Positions 37,105 through 49,806 of a stretch of 64,000 nt of DNA are shown here, piece after piece. Every line of letters starts with the position of its first letter. Position 1 is the first letter of the stretch. The stretch is from assembly GCA_951406725.2 (NCBI GenBank), contig OX597818.1, positions 49,538,001 through 49,602,000 on the forward strand, written 5' to 3'. Origin of the DNA: Octopus vulgaris. Lineage: Eukaryota. A model generated the notes under the pieces. That model saw only the letters and a program-made list of their open reading frames with translations. It had not been told where the DNA came from and searched no databases. A program made the position numbers and the translations under genes.

Positions 37105-37525
37105 AGGCATAGGTGTGGTTGTGTGATAAGAAGTTCACTTCCAAACCACATGGTTCTGGGTTCAGTCATTGTGTGGCATCTTGAGCATCTTCTGCTATAG
37201 GCTTGGGCCAACCAAAGCCTTTTGAGTGGGTTTGGTTGACAGAAACTGAAGGAAGCTTGTGTGTGTGGGAGAGGAAGAGAGAGTTTGTGCCTCATTGTCT
37301 TGACAACATGTGATAGTTATAAATGCGTGTCACTGTCATACAAGCAAAGTTATTCATTGCCAATATTTTGCAAGAACATTTTTGGTCGTGGGGAAATATT
37401 ACCTCACTTGGAAATGAGTGAATGTTGGTAACAGGAAGGGCACCTAGCTTTAGAAAATCTACTCCAGTAAACTCCATCTGACCCATGTAAACATAGGAAA
37501 GTGGATGTTAAAATGATGATGATGT
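37105..37525 (+). mobile_element. Family E SINE (family A head plus RTE-type tail)
   Basis: GGCATAGGTGTGG...CCACATGGTTCTGGGTTCAG head; AACAGGAAGGGCA...GTGGATGTTAAAATGATGATG tail. Confidence 0.75.
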
Positions 37526-38789
37526 AGATTTAATATATAAATAGACTTAATATCTAAATAATATTTTTAATACATTTTTTTCACATTTGTTGTTCTAAAG
37601 CTGACAGTATAGAAAATATTTGGAACCACTGGTCTAAGCCATAACAAATTATAAGCTATTGTTTTTCCAACTTCCACACAAAGCACTTAGTCCAATCATT
37701 AATCCAGAGAACTCACTCTTCCCATGATTCTCTTTGTTTAAATGGAACATTAACCATATTGAACAACAAGATTTTAGTTGGAACAAAAAAAAAAGAAAGA
37801 CTGGATTCTATTTCCATCTAGGATGTTGCTATGTTCAATATGTAGAAAAGAAGTAGATGAGAATTCCATTTGGTGAGTCCATTGTAAATAATGGGCGTAC
37901 ACAAGAAGTGCAATAGTATTACAAGCAGGCTGACAGAGAAGAAAGATTTTATATATGACAGATAAACGAAGATTAGCAGTAAGCAAACTGTCTTTATTCC
38001 CTTGGCTAAAATGATCTTGAAAGGTAACTGCTCCTTCCCTTTCTCCCCAAGGAATCTTGTAATCATTGTCATCATCATCTTTATTCGAATGTCTGTATTC
38101 GTTGCACCGGGTTTTGAAAGCCTGCCAAATTCATGGGCACAGCTCCTCCAAATTAAAAAGTGGGAAAAAAATAATTGCTGATGGATTTGGTTTTTTTGTT
38201 GTTTTTTTTCAGTCCTTGATATTGCTATTTATCGTGAATCTAGTACTACATATTGCCATATTGTCTATGAGATGCTACATTGAAATACCAGACCTATTTT
38301 ATATAAAATAATGCTGGCATATTTGTATTAACATTTCATCAGTTGAACTGACATCTGCAAAATAAGACAAGTCTGCAGATAATAACTAAAAATAACATTG
38401 AATACAAAAAGAAAATGGATATAAAAAGGAATACAAAGTAGGAGTAAGAAGAATGGAAAAATTAAGATTAAGTCAAAGAAAAATTACCAGGTGGAGATTA
38501 GAATTGGAAGAGAGAGAGAGAGAGAGTGATATGGTTTCCAAACGTCCAAGCCTTATGACTAAAACAAAATAAATGTTTGTTGTAATATCATGCTAATTAA
38601 GCGAAAAGTAACTGGAAGGGAGGAAAATTTATATAAGTGTAATGTCTATGATACAAGTATAAAATTCTATTTGCTTCATGTTATTCATCATTTTTGATAG
38701 TTATAATTAGAGTTCATATAAGATCCGTAGCTGGGAGCTTATATAAACATTACATTTTTGTATGTATGTAATCATGCGTGTGTTTGTAT

Positions 38790-39295
38790 AAATGCAAGCT
38801 GTGTACGGAGATACTGTCTGCAAGGTGAGAGTTGGCAATGACTTCAGCATAGAAATTAGTATCCAGGTAGGTGTCCATCTAAGTTGTTCTCAACCCCCCT
38901 TTTGTTTTCATTATAATTTTCTAGGCCATTAAAGAGGAGTTTAAGATTATTTATTTGTGGGTACTCCCTTGTGCCAATGACCTAATTCTCATTACAGATT
39001 CAGTCAAAGATTTAGAGAAGAAATTTCAAATGTAAAACTGAAGCCTAAATTCATGAAATGTCAAAGTAAACCTTGCAAAAGTAATAGTTTCACTTGGAAG
39101 GAAAGATCACGGGATGTTATTCCTGTAGAGGAAGTACTCATACTTAACATGCAGGAAAGAAGTAGATAAAAATTACTCGTGATGAATCCAGTGTAAACAA
39201 TAGGTGCACTCTAGAAATGCTATTGTATCATAGACAAGCTAATTGAGAAGGAAGATTTCATAAATAACAAGTGAACAGAAGTTAGTAGTAAGAGC
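38790..39295 (+). pseudogene. RTE reverse-transcriptase fragment
   Basis: MQAVYGDTVCKVRVGNDFS...QVGVH, then ANDLIL (YADD box remnant). Confidence 0.7.
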
Positions 39296-39554
39296 ACTCA
39301 TGTTATAAATCTCAGTGGGATTTGAACTCAGAACATAAAGAGCTAGAAATACTGCTAAGATTTTGTCCAAAGAACTAAGAATTCTGCCAGTACCTAATTT
39401 AGGCTCCTTTCTTTATTTCTGTAATATCCATGTAGTAAATTCTCTCCTATGACAAGAAATCTGAAACAAGAAACTGAATCGCTAATTTTAGTCACTCAGT
39501 AACGAGCCATTTGAATTAATTTAGTTAACACACAGATTGATAAAACCCAGTAAG

Positions 39555-40110
39555 AGAGCAAATGCTCTGACTAGAGAAGAATATGAAAGTATTAACCATC
39601 TCTTATGTAAATGCAGTAAGGTAGCACAAAAAGAGTACAAATGCAGGCACAACTGTGTTTGTAACAGAGCTCATCAGTGTGTTAGCTGAGTGTATGGCTT
39701 CAAAGTAAGAGAAAAGTAATATGAACAAGAGCCAGAGGCTGTGATGGAGAGTAATAACTGCAGATTTTATGGGATTTCTCCATAAGATTGACCATATATT
39801 TAAAGCAACAAAATTAGATGTGATTGCAGAAAAATAAAAAGAAGTGTAAGATCATTGACTTTTCAATACTATATGGTAATCAAGTAGACACAAAAGACAT
39901 TGAAAAAACTGAGAAATGCTAGGAACCAGCCAAAAAGTTGAAGAGATTGTGGAAGGCAAAGATGACAATTATCGTACTATTCTAATTGGTGCTCTTGGCA
40001 CAACACCAAGCTAGAGGTTTAAGGATATAGGAATTGAGAAATACAGAAAAGTCCATTCCATATTCTGCCAGAATCCTAAGAAAAATTCTTGAAATTTGAG
40101 GAGAATTGTC
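39555..40110 (+). pseudogene. R4/Dong-clade retrotransposon C-terminus (zinc knuckle plus restriction-like endonuclease)
   Basis: EEYESINHLLCKCSKVAQKEYKCRHN, EPEAVMESNNC..WDF, IGALGTTP, SARILRKILEI* in order, with frameshifts. Confidence 0.8.
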
Positions 40111-40132
40111 ACCAAAGCTGAAGGCAACATAT

Positions 40133-40352
40133 CTCTTTACTCTTTTACCCTTTTACTTGTTTCAGTCATTTGACTGTGGCCATGCTGGAGCACTGCCTTT
40201 AGTCGAGCAAATCGTCCCCAAGACTTATTCTTTGTAAGCCTAGTACTTATTCTATCGGTCTCTTTTGCTGAACCGCTAAGTTATGGGGACGTAAACACAC
40301 CAGCATTGTTTGTCAAGCAATGTTGGGTGGACAAACACACACATAGATACAC

Positions 40353-40423
<71 letters not shown>

Positions 40424-40590
40424 TACAATGGGCTTCTTTCAGTTTCCCTCAACTAAATCCACTCACAAGGCTTTGGTCAGCCTGAGGCTATAGTAGAAGA
40501 CACTTGCCCAAGGTGCCACACAGTAGGACTGAACCCAGAACCATGTGTTTGGTAAGCAAGCTACTTACCACACAGCCACTCCTACGCCTA
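40133..40590 (-). mobile_element. Family A SINE with long (TA)n
   Basis: Reverse-complement full copy. Confidence 0.9.
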
Positions 40591-40622
40591 TTAACTAACT
40601 TTTTGCATTATAATAATACTAT

Positions 40623-40832
40623 TGGTTTCAAATTTTGGCACAAGGCAAATTTGGGGGAAGGTATAAGCCAATTACATCAACCCTAGCATTCAACAGGTGC
40701 TTATTTTATCAACCCTGAAAGGATGAAAGGCAAAGTTGACCTTGGTGGAATTTGAAACCAAAGCATAAAGACAGATGAAATTCCACTAAGCATTTTGCCT
40801 GGTGTGCTAATGATTATACCAGCTTGCTGCCT
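40623..40832 (-). mobile_element. Family C-like SINE
   Basis: GAAAGGATGAAAGGCAAAGTTGACC. Confidence 0.7.
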
Positions 40833-41125
40833 AGCACTGTGGGTTTTACCCACATGTAACAATAATAAAACTCTTCTCACACCCTACCTCAACAAACCAA
40901 ACTACATCGCTTCTCTTCCTCACATTTCCTCTTTCCATGTCCTATGCTTATGCATATCTCTTGCTCCCCAATCATGTCCTCACTGCCCTGCTTAATGTAT
41001 CGTTGCTATCCTGTTGACCCCCAACTCCCTCTATATACTCAAGTTTCACCAATCACTGCATTCCCCACCCCCACACTCTTTGCATATTGTGAAGTCTCTA
41101 CTCCCTACTCATACACCTTTGGCAC

Positions 41126-41590
41126 TCATCATCATCATCATCGTTTAACGTCCGTTTTCCATGCTAGCATGGCTTGGATGGTTCGACCAGGGTCTGGGAA
41201 GCCAGGAGGCTGTACCAGGCTCCAGTCTGATCTGTCAGTGTTTCTACAGCTGGATGCCCTTGCTAACGCTAACCACTCTGCAAGTGTAGTGAGTGCTTTT
41301 TACGTGCCACCGGCACTGGGGCCAGAGGAGGCTGGTAAATGGCCACAATCGGTTGGTGCTTTTATGTGTCACTGGCATGGGTATCTTAACTACAATTTCC
41401 ATTTGATTTTCATTTTGATGTTGGTGTTAACATACTAGACTCAATAGGTCTCCTCAAGAACAGCGGGTCACTCTATGATCCAAGGTTAGCACAGCAGGCC
41501 GTCCTACGAGCCATGAAATCACTTTATTTGTCAGGTCTTCACAGTCACAGCATATCTCAGGTCTCGGTCTTCGTCATTTCCTCTGTGATG
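41126..41590 (-). mobile_element. RTE LINE 3' end including ORF-terminal remnant (family D)
   Basis: Family D UTR extended upstream by TCACAGAGGAAATGACGAAGACCGAGAC, an RTE C-terminus-like stretch. Confidence 0.7.
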
Positions 41591-42022
41591 CCCTACATGT
41601 CACCGGCATGGGTATCTTAACTACCATTTATATTCTGACCTCCATACTTTGAAGGTGGGCCCTGGCACTTTGCCACCATCTATCTCTCCTTTGCTCTACT
41701 CTACCATCCCATTTATATTCTGATCTGCATTCCTTGTAAGAATGTCCTGGCACTTCACCACCATCCCTCTCCTGATCTCTCTTGCATTCTTGCTATCTTC
41801 CACTTTCTCTCTTTCTCTTGCTCTCTCCCTCTGACATGTTAACGATGCATCTCCTCTACAATAACACACCTGTTTCTGCTTCTCTGTCACACTCTAACCT
41901 TTTAGCATCTGGTACAAGAAACGAAACCAAAATCAGACTGGAGTCTGGTACAGCTTACCAGTTCCAGTCAAACAGTCTAATCCATGCCAGCATGGAAGAC
42001 AAATGCTAAATGATGACGAAGA

Positions 42023-42023
<1 letters not shown>

Positions 42024-42093
<70 letters not shown>

Positions 42094-42118
42094 ATATATA
42101 TATATATATATATATATC
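42024..42118. repeat. (TATC)n + (TA)n microsatellite
   Basis: Read directly. Confidence 0.95.
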
Positions 42119-42431
42119 CATTTAAAAGGAGAAAAGAAAATGGAGATAAGGAAGTTAATAATTGTTTATTATTAGCAAATTGGTCATCTTCATTTATTAC
42201 AAAAATACTAGGTATTGAACCAGCATTGAACCAATATTTCCTTGGCTGCCACCATCCCTTTACGAGGCTAACATATACTCTAATTGAATATATATATATA
42301 AGTTCATCAAAATTTAGATTCAAATGAATAGATGCACCAGAATTTTGTCTGGTGTTATCCATATAAATCCATGGGGTGATTACGAAACGATCGTACCAAA
42401 TTACCAGAGATATTCTTGCTTATTTTGATTA

Positions 42432-42495
<64 letters not shown>

Positions 42496-43606
42496 GTTCT
42501 TATCAAAGGTGCACGTATAGGTCTGGATATATGTGTGGTGTATATATACAGAAGCACACGTATATGTGGGTGGAGTCTTATGCCTATGGATACATATGTA
42601 CACCCTTGGGCACTAAAGCATATTTGCATATATACTAATATACAAAGGAGTGTTTACATACTGTAGATGCATGCTCAGTCATAGCATATAAACATTTGTT
42701 TGTGTGTGTGCATGTGGGTATATCCACATACATATATACCTATATTGATACTATGGGTGTGGTGTGTGTGCACATGTGTGTGCATGGATGTGCAGAGGTG
42801 TATGTATATTGTGACGTAGACCAATGACTAACAGTACCAGTGCCAACTATCCACTAAGAATTTAATACTTTGCGGTCAGCTAGTTTCTTCACCCATCCCA
42901 GTTAATTAGATATTTACAACAACCGTTCTTTCCCCTTAATGACGACTATCTACTCTTATCCCTCTTCACTCTTTTCTCTCCTCTCCTTTTCTTCTTTCCT
43001 AACAACCTCATATGATTCCGACTCCCACATATTTGACCTCATCCTTTCCTTTTTTTACTTCTTGACTGTTTTATTTCTTCAAACATTTCTGTTTTTTATT
43101 CTGTTTCTCTGGCATCACCATTCCTTTCAACTCATATCTGTGGTGAGTTAACTTGGGAATTCCAAGAAACAATCTAACCTTCATGTAGTTAAGATATTCT
43201 CAGCCTGACGATTAGCTAAGTTGTGTGCCTCACATTGAGCAATTATTACAGCAGAGGATCAGCTGGCTAAGAAACATATGTAGCCTGGATTTTATATATA
43301 TATATCATCATCATCATCATCATCATCATCATAATCATCTTTTAACATCCGGTTTCCATGCTGACATAGGCTAGATAGTTTGACAGGTTCTGGTGAACTG
43401 GAGAGCTACATCAGGCTTTATTTGTGTATTCCTACAATTTGTTGATGATGATGATTCATGACAACTCTAGTTGCTAACCATGCGCTATACGGAAACCCTT
43501 CCTAACCATTTTACAGAGTGTACTGGGTGCTTTTTACATGGTACCAGCACAGGTAAATTTAATGTGTCACCAGCAGGCATGCATACATGCATACACACAC
43601 ATGTAG

Positions 43607-44130
43607 TCATCACCATCATCATCGTTTAACATCCACTTTCCATGCTTGCATGGGTTGGCTGGCTTGACTGAAGACTGGTGAACTAGAGGCTGCATCAGGC
43701 TCAAACTGATCTGGCAAAGTTTCTCAGCCGGATGCCCTTCCTAACACCAACCACTTCGAGAGTGTAGTGGGTGCTTTTATGTGCCACTGGCACGAGGGCC
43801 AGTCAGGCAGTTCTGGCAATGACCATGCTCAAAAGGTGTTTTTATGTGCTACCTGCATGGGAGTCAGTCCGGCAGCACTGGCAATGACCATGCTCAAAAG
43901 GTGTTTTTATGTGCTACCTGCATGGGAGTCAGTCCGGCAGCACTGGCAATGACCACACTCAAATGCTGTCTTTCATGTGCCACCTGCACATGTGCTAGTA
44001 AGGTGACGCTGGCAACGATCATGCTCAAATGGTGCTTTTCCTGTGTCACCGGCACAGGAGCCAATCCGTGGCCCTGGCAACAATCACGTTCAGACGTGCT
44101 CTTAATGTTCCACTGGCACGAGTGCCAATC
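43607..44130 (-). mobile_element. RTE 3' UTR (family D) with about five ~62-bp tandem units
   Basis: CTGGCAATGACCATGCTCAAAAGGTGTTTTTATGTGC units repeated 43790-44125. Confidence 0.8.
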
Positions 44131-44135
44131 AGTAG

Positions 44136-44171
<36 letters not shown>

Positions 44172-44177
<6 letters not shown>

Positions 44178-44309
44178 TATTAGAGACAAAACCACTATTT
44201 TGCAAAACAAACAAGGAAAGACTTAATCAATACATAAAATTTTAATAAATTTTATTAAGTCTTTCCTTGTTTGTTTTGCAAAATAGTGGTTTTGTCTCTA
44301 ATAATATTT
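44172..44309. repeat. Perfect inverted repeat, 56-bp arms, 26-nt spacer
   Basis: 44172-44227 is the reverse complement of 44254-44309. Confidence 0.95.
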
Positions 44310-44388
44310 TATAATATTTTACTATAAAATTGGATTTAATCTTAAATCTGATTTTTTCCCTGTAAATTTGGATTTATTCCCTAATATT

Positions 44389-44424
<36 letters not shown>

Positions 44425-44668
44425 CAGTAAAAACAATTAAGATTCAAGTGAGTTCCAATGAATTCACATGAATGCGGTACTTAACTTAAATGCACCAGAA
44501 ATCTATATGGTATTAAACGTAAAATAATGTGGGGTGATTATAAACAAGAAAAAAGCAACAAGAATGGATTAGTTGTTCAGTACAATTGTTTCATACGAAG
44601 AACAGCTTTATTAAAAGCTGCAAATATTGCAGCAAATACAAGTTTTAGCAAATATTACTGTATCATTG

Positions 44669-44743
<75 letters not shown>

Positions 44744-44881
44744 AAATAAGCAACAAGGATATCCAAGGTAGTGTAGTACAATTGTTTCATGCTACTTCTT
44801 TTTATTATATGGATAATTCCATACAAAATTCGGGTACCTTTAACTTAAGTACCATATTCATCTGAATCTAAATTTTGCTGA

Positions 44882-44890
<9 letters not shown>
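44425..44890. mobile_element. (TA)n-embedded repeat family, also present at 42300-42430
   Basis: Reverse complement of 44740-44885 aligns with 42300-42430 and partly with 44455-44510; all copies flanked by (TA)n. Confidence 0.55.
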
Positions 44891-44915
<25 letters not shown>

Positions 44916-45205
44916 GTTTGAGTGTACAAACAAAAATAAAAACTACTCAGTGAGTTATCATTACCATACTATATCCTCTCTCCATAGGTTGGAAGAATCA
45001 TCTCTGCCTGAGCCAGTTCATTTATGAATTCACTGCTCTTCTTGGCATGGTTTCTACAGCTGGATGCTCTTTCTAACTGCAACCACTTTAACAGAGAGTA
45101 CTGGGTGCATTTCATTGTGACACTGGCTCTAGACAGATTGTCATGTCTTCCATTTCCAAACCAATCAAAACCCAGTCTCAACGAATATAGTGAAAAGACT
45201 CCTAA

Positions 45206-45510
45206 CTGTATCCTGTTAGGAAACCAACAAAGCGGAACGACAGTTTGGCCACGGAAGAAATACTACGTCATCATTTTTTTGACGAATCGAAATTAGATCT
45301 GACCCGTGACTGTATCCTGTTAGGTGGCAAGTCCAGCAGAACGAGTAGTTTGACCCCGGAAGAAAGACGTCATCAATGTTTTGATGAATCAGAATCGGGT
45401 CTGACCCATAGCTGTGTCGTGTAAGGAAACCGACCAAGCAGGGTGACAATAGCTTGACCACTGAGGTAATACGTCATCAATTTTTTGACGAATCAGGATT
45501 AGATCTGCTC

Positions 45511-45512
<2 letters not shown>
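45206..45512. repeat. Three diverged ~102-bp tandem units
   Basis: Units start at 45206, 45310, 45412; conserved ACGTCATCA.T.TTTTGA.GAATC block. Confidence 0.8.
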
Positions 45513-45548
<36 letters not shown>

Positions 45549-45551
<3 letters not shown>

Positions 45552-45965
45552 CGCAGGAGTGGCTGTGTGGTAAGTAGCTTGCTAACCAACCACATGGTTC
45601 CGGGTTCAGTCCCACTGTGTGGCACCTTGGGCAAGTGTCTTCTGCTATAGCCTCGGGCCGACCAATGTCTTGTGAGTGGATTTGGTAGACGGAAACTGAA
45701 AGAAGCCTGTCGTATATATGTATATATATATGTAAGTGTGTGTGTGTATATGTTTGTGTGTCTGTGTTTGTCCCCCTAGCATTGCTTGACAACCGATGCT
45801 GGTGTGTTTATGTCCCCGTCACTTAGCGGTTCGGCAAAAAAGATCGATAGAATAAGTACTGGGCTTACAAAGAATAAGTCCCGGGGTCGATTTGCTCGAC
45901 TAAAGGTGGTGCTCCAGCATGGCCGCAGTCAAATGACTGAAACAAGTAAAAGAGTAAAAAAGAGA
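45549..45965 (+). mobile_element. Family A SINE, full length
   Basis: Near-consensus head to tail, inserted after (TA)n. Confidence 0.92.
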
Positions 45966-47079
45966 ATATATATATCATTCTCTCCCTCTCTCCTACACTC
46001 CAGATGTAGAAGCCGTGTCTTCATTTTTTCAGCAAAACACCGACTTCTGTCCTTCTACCATACTGCCATGTTCCTCAATACTATACTCCACTTACTTGAG
46101 GGTTTTGTCATGCCAGTACAAAAAAAAACGCACCCTGTACAGTCTGGGAAGTAGCTGGTGTAGAAACCATACCAAAGCAAGTATTGGAGTTTGCCACAGC
46201 CCTCAAGCTCGTCAATTTGTGTAAAACCATTCAACCCATGCCAGTATGGCAAAAGGGACATTATATGATGATGATGATATATTATACCATGTGCATATAG
46301 GAACATGAAAATGAAGGAGCCAGTGTTGCTAAAACAGTACAACTTACAACCAGTGAATTGTCAATCAAATGGAGGGTTTTTGTTTAATTTTTCAGCAGTT
46401 TATTCTGTCATTTACTTTGCTATTTCTCTATTCTAGGTTAAAAGAGAATTAGTATTTTGTTCATTTTGGCTCACGCCTTGGAAATATTTTTCACTCTTTT
46501 ATCAGACATTCTAAACTACCACTTGTATCATGATAGGATATACAGAGCAACACAAGAGTACTAGTTTACACCCTGTTCAAGTAATTCAACTTGGTGTTAA
46601 CAAAGTCTTTATTGAATATGACTACCTCTTCTTGAAAGGATGTCGACCCATATAAAGTTATATCTCTAATTTGAGAGGCACTTTGCAAAAGAGGAAGTCA
46701 GTTTTAACATGATCCACAAAGCTGGTAGGAAATTTGAATTGCAGTAAAAAGATGATTAAAGACTAGGATTTTTTGTTTTGTTTTGTTTTATTCATTTAAT
46801 TAAATGATATTTATTTGAACTATTTTTTTTGGCTTGATTTTTTTCCCTTAAAAAATTAAAAAGCTGAAATTACTCAGCAAATTTTTGCTTTTACTGAAAA
46901 GCAATTAAATTTTAATACAAAATATTTTTCATTAATAAATTCTATTTTAGACAGATGTCAATAAATTTAACCTTAATTTTAATATTTAATGTTGTAGCAA
47001 TAATTATTTTAAAATTCAGCAGCATAAGCATAATTTATCTAATTAAAGATAATATCATTGTTATCACTTTTCCCTATGG

Positions 47080-47862
47080 GTTGAAGCAAATTTCCTGTGG
47101 CCAGATGCCCTTCTTGTCACTAACCCTCATCTGTTACCAAGTACAGTACTATATTCCCTTGACTGGACATGTTTGCAAGGAAGATAAGATTGAACCAAAC
47201 GACTGCTTGTATAATGGTGACACTTGTTAACAGCATCATGAGACATCAGTACAAGGAGACCCATCACACGCACACACATACATGCATACACCAGACTTCT
47301 TCCAATTTCCATCTACAAATCCACTCACAAACTTTTGATCAGCCGCAGACTATAGTTGAAGACACTTTCCCAAAGTGCCACGTATGTGATTTAAACTGGC
47401 ACTACTTAATCATACACCCATACCTGCACTTTTAAATGTAAATGTATACTCATTAAGAACTTTCAAAATTAGAAACTAAACCAGTTGCTAGAAGTTTTTT
47501 TCATTTTCTTTAATTAATGTTCCAATTAATGATTGGTTGAACTTTTGTACCAGGATTAAGTTGTTGCTCTAAATATTTTAATATTTGTAATGTAAACCAG
47601 GTTTAAGATTCAACATGCCTTTCTCAAATGACGGAAATAGAATAGAAAATTTTCTTTAGATCAAATACAAAAAGTACAGTGTTTTAAGAAGGCAATATGT
47701 TTATAGTTTTATGTATAGCATTACTCTAGTTTTAGAATGAAATCAAAGCCATAATCTATTGGTCTCTTTTGCCAAACCGCTAAGTTGCAGGGACATAAAC
47801 AAAACTACACTACACTCACTCACATGTGTGTGTGTGTGTGAGAGTGTATGTGTGAGTATGTT

Positions 47863-47901
<39 letters not shown>

Positions 47902-48060
47902 ACAGTGGGCTTCCACACAGTATCTGTCTGCCAAATTCAGTCACAAAAGCATTTGTCAGCCTTGGCTATAGTAGAAAGCATTTGTGCACGGTGCCACACA
48001 ATGGGATTGAACCTGAAACCATATAGTTGCAAAACAAGCTTCTTAACCACACACCGTGTC
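47080..48060 (-). mobile_element. Diverged family E (47080-47430) and family A (47755-48055) SINEs
   Basis: Reverse-complement head/CORE motifs, (CA)/(TG) cores. Confidence 0.6.
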
Positions 48061-48138
48061 ACAATTGTGTGACAGACAACTTAATTGCTCAATGTTCTTT
48101 TAGTTGATGTAATCAATAATTAAAACCATATGATGGCT

Positions 48139-48171
<33 letters not shown>

Positions 48172-48315
48172 TTAATGTCTATTGTCCATGCTGGCATAGG
48201 TTGGATGGTTTGACCTGAGTTGGCACACTGAAGAGCTCCACTAAGCTCCAGTCTGATTTGGCAAGGTTTCTACAGCTGGATAACCCTAACCCTTCCTAAC
48301 AGCAACCAATTTATA

Positions 48316-48611
48316 TGGAGGCACATGGCCCAGTGGTTAGAGCAGCGGACTCACGGTTGAAGGATCATGGGTTCAAATCTCAGACCGGGCGATGTGTGTG
48401 TTTCTGAGTGAAATACCTAAGCCCCACACGGTTCCGGCAGAAGGTAATGGCGAACTTCTGCTGACTCTTTTGCCACAACCTTCTCTCACTCTTTCCTGCT
48501 GCATCTTGCAGCTCACCAGCAATGGACCGGCGTCCCGTCCAGGTGGGGAACCTATATGCCAAGGAAACTGGCCCTTATGAGCCAGGCATGGCTCGAGAAG
48601 GAACAAACAAC
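48316..48611 (+). mobile_element. Family B SINE inserted in an RTE-tail element
   Basis: A/B boxes, V-like motif; imperfect TSD CAACCA(A/C)TTTATA. Confidence 0.85.
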
Positions 48612-48856
48612 CACTTTATAGAGTACACAGAGTGCTTTTATGAGGCACCATATGAGTGCTGGTAGACAGACAATTTGGCTTGGCTAATAGACAACTTATA
48701 CACAGGACAATTGTGTGGCATGGTGCAGAGTCCTTTTGCCAGGCATAGGGTGTTCCAGCAGCCACCCTCTTGACCCAGAGGAACGCCACAACCTCCTCCA
48801 GGCACTTGATATAGGCCTCCCTGTTGAGTCTGAGGCCCTGTGGGAATTATCTGTTG

Positions 48857-49172
48857 GTGGAGGTGCAATGGCTCAGCGGTTAGGGCAGTGGACTCAAGGT
48901 CAGAGGATCGTGGTTTCGATTCCCAGACCGGGCATTGTGTGTGTTTATTGAGCGAAAACACCTAAAAGCTCCACGAGGCTCCAGCAGGGGGTGGTGGCAA
49001 ACCCTGTTGTACTCTTTCACTACAACTTTCTCTCACTCTCTCTTCCTGTTTCTTGAGTAACGCTGCGATGGACTGGCGTCTCATTCAGCTGGGGGGAATA
49101 CATACGTCACAGAAACTGGAAAACCGGGCCCATGAGCCTCGCTTGGCTTGAAAAGGGCGACGTTTATCATTT
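48857..49172 (+). mobile_element. Family B SINE
   Basis: A/B boxes, GCGATGGACTGGCGTC; imperfect TSD AATT(A/G)TCTGTTG. Confidence 0.85.
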
Positions 49173-49397
49173 TAAAATTGTCTGTTGACGAATTGTCTGC
49201 ACACATTGAGTGTTACAACACGACAACAGCACAAGTGCTTTTTATGTGGCTCTGACACAGGATTCATGCAAGCCAATCCTTTTCATGAGTGGGAGAATAG
49301 ATAGCCTCATTTTCCTAGAGGAAAACTCCCATCACTAGCTGATGTGATTTGGGTAGCCTACAGAACATCCTATCGCTGTTCTTATGTACCAACAGAG

Positions 49398-49806
49398 TTA
49401 CTCTTTTACTTGTTTCAGTCACTGTGGCCATGCTGGAGCACTGCCTTTAGTTGAGCAAATCGACCTCAGAACTTATTCTTTGTAAGCCTAGCACTTATTC
49501 TATCGGTCTCTTTTGCTGACTGCTAAGTTACACGGACGTAAACACACCAGCATCGGTTGTCAAGCGATGCTGGGGGGGGGGGGGAGACACATAGACACAT
49601 AAACATATACACACACATACATATATATATATACACATATATATGATGGGCTTCTTTCAGTTTCCATCTACCAAATTCACTCACAAGGCTTTGGTCGACC
49701 CGATGCTATAGTAGAAGACACTTGCCCAAGGTGTCATGCAGTGGGACTGAACTCGGAACCATGTGGTTGGTAAGCAAGCTACTTACCACACAGCCACTCC
49801 TGCACC
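49398..49806 (-). mobile_element. Family A SINE
   Basis: Reverse-complement full copy. Confidence 0.9.

Noticed and set aside
40944-41438. 164-aa ORF and similar GCTRLQSDL-containing ORFs across the window
   Set aside because: Antisense translations of the RTE 3' UTR repeat
45206-45512. CRISPR-like repeat/spacer appearance
   Set aside because: Eukaryotic context, no cas genes, variable parts are still homologous, and only three units
46437-46724. Plus-strand exon candidate (ttctattctAG ... CTG|GTAGGA) with short ORFs
   Set aside because: Splice-like sites are common in AT-rich DNA and no homology is recognised; cannot be supported without transcripts
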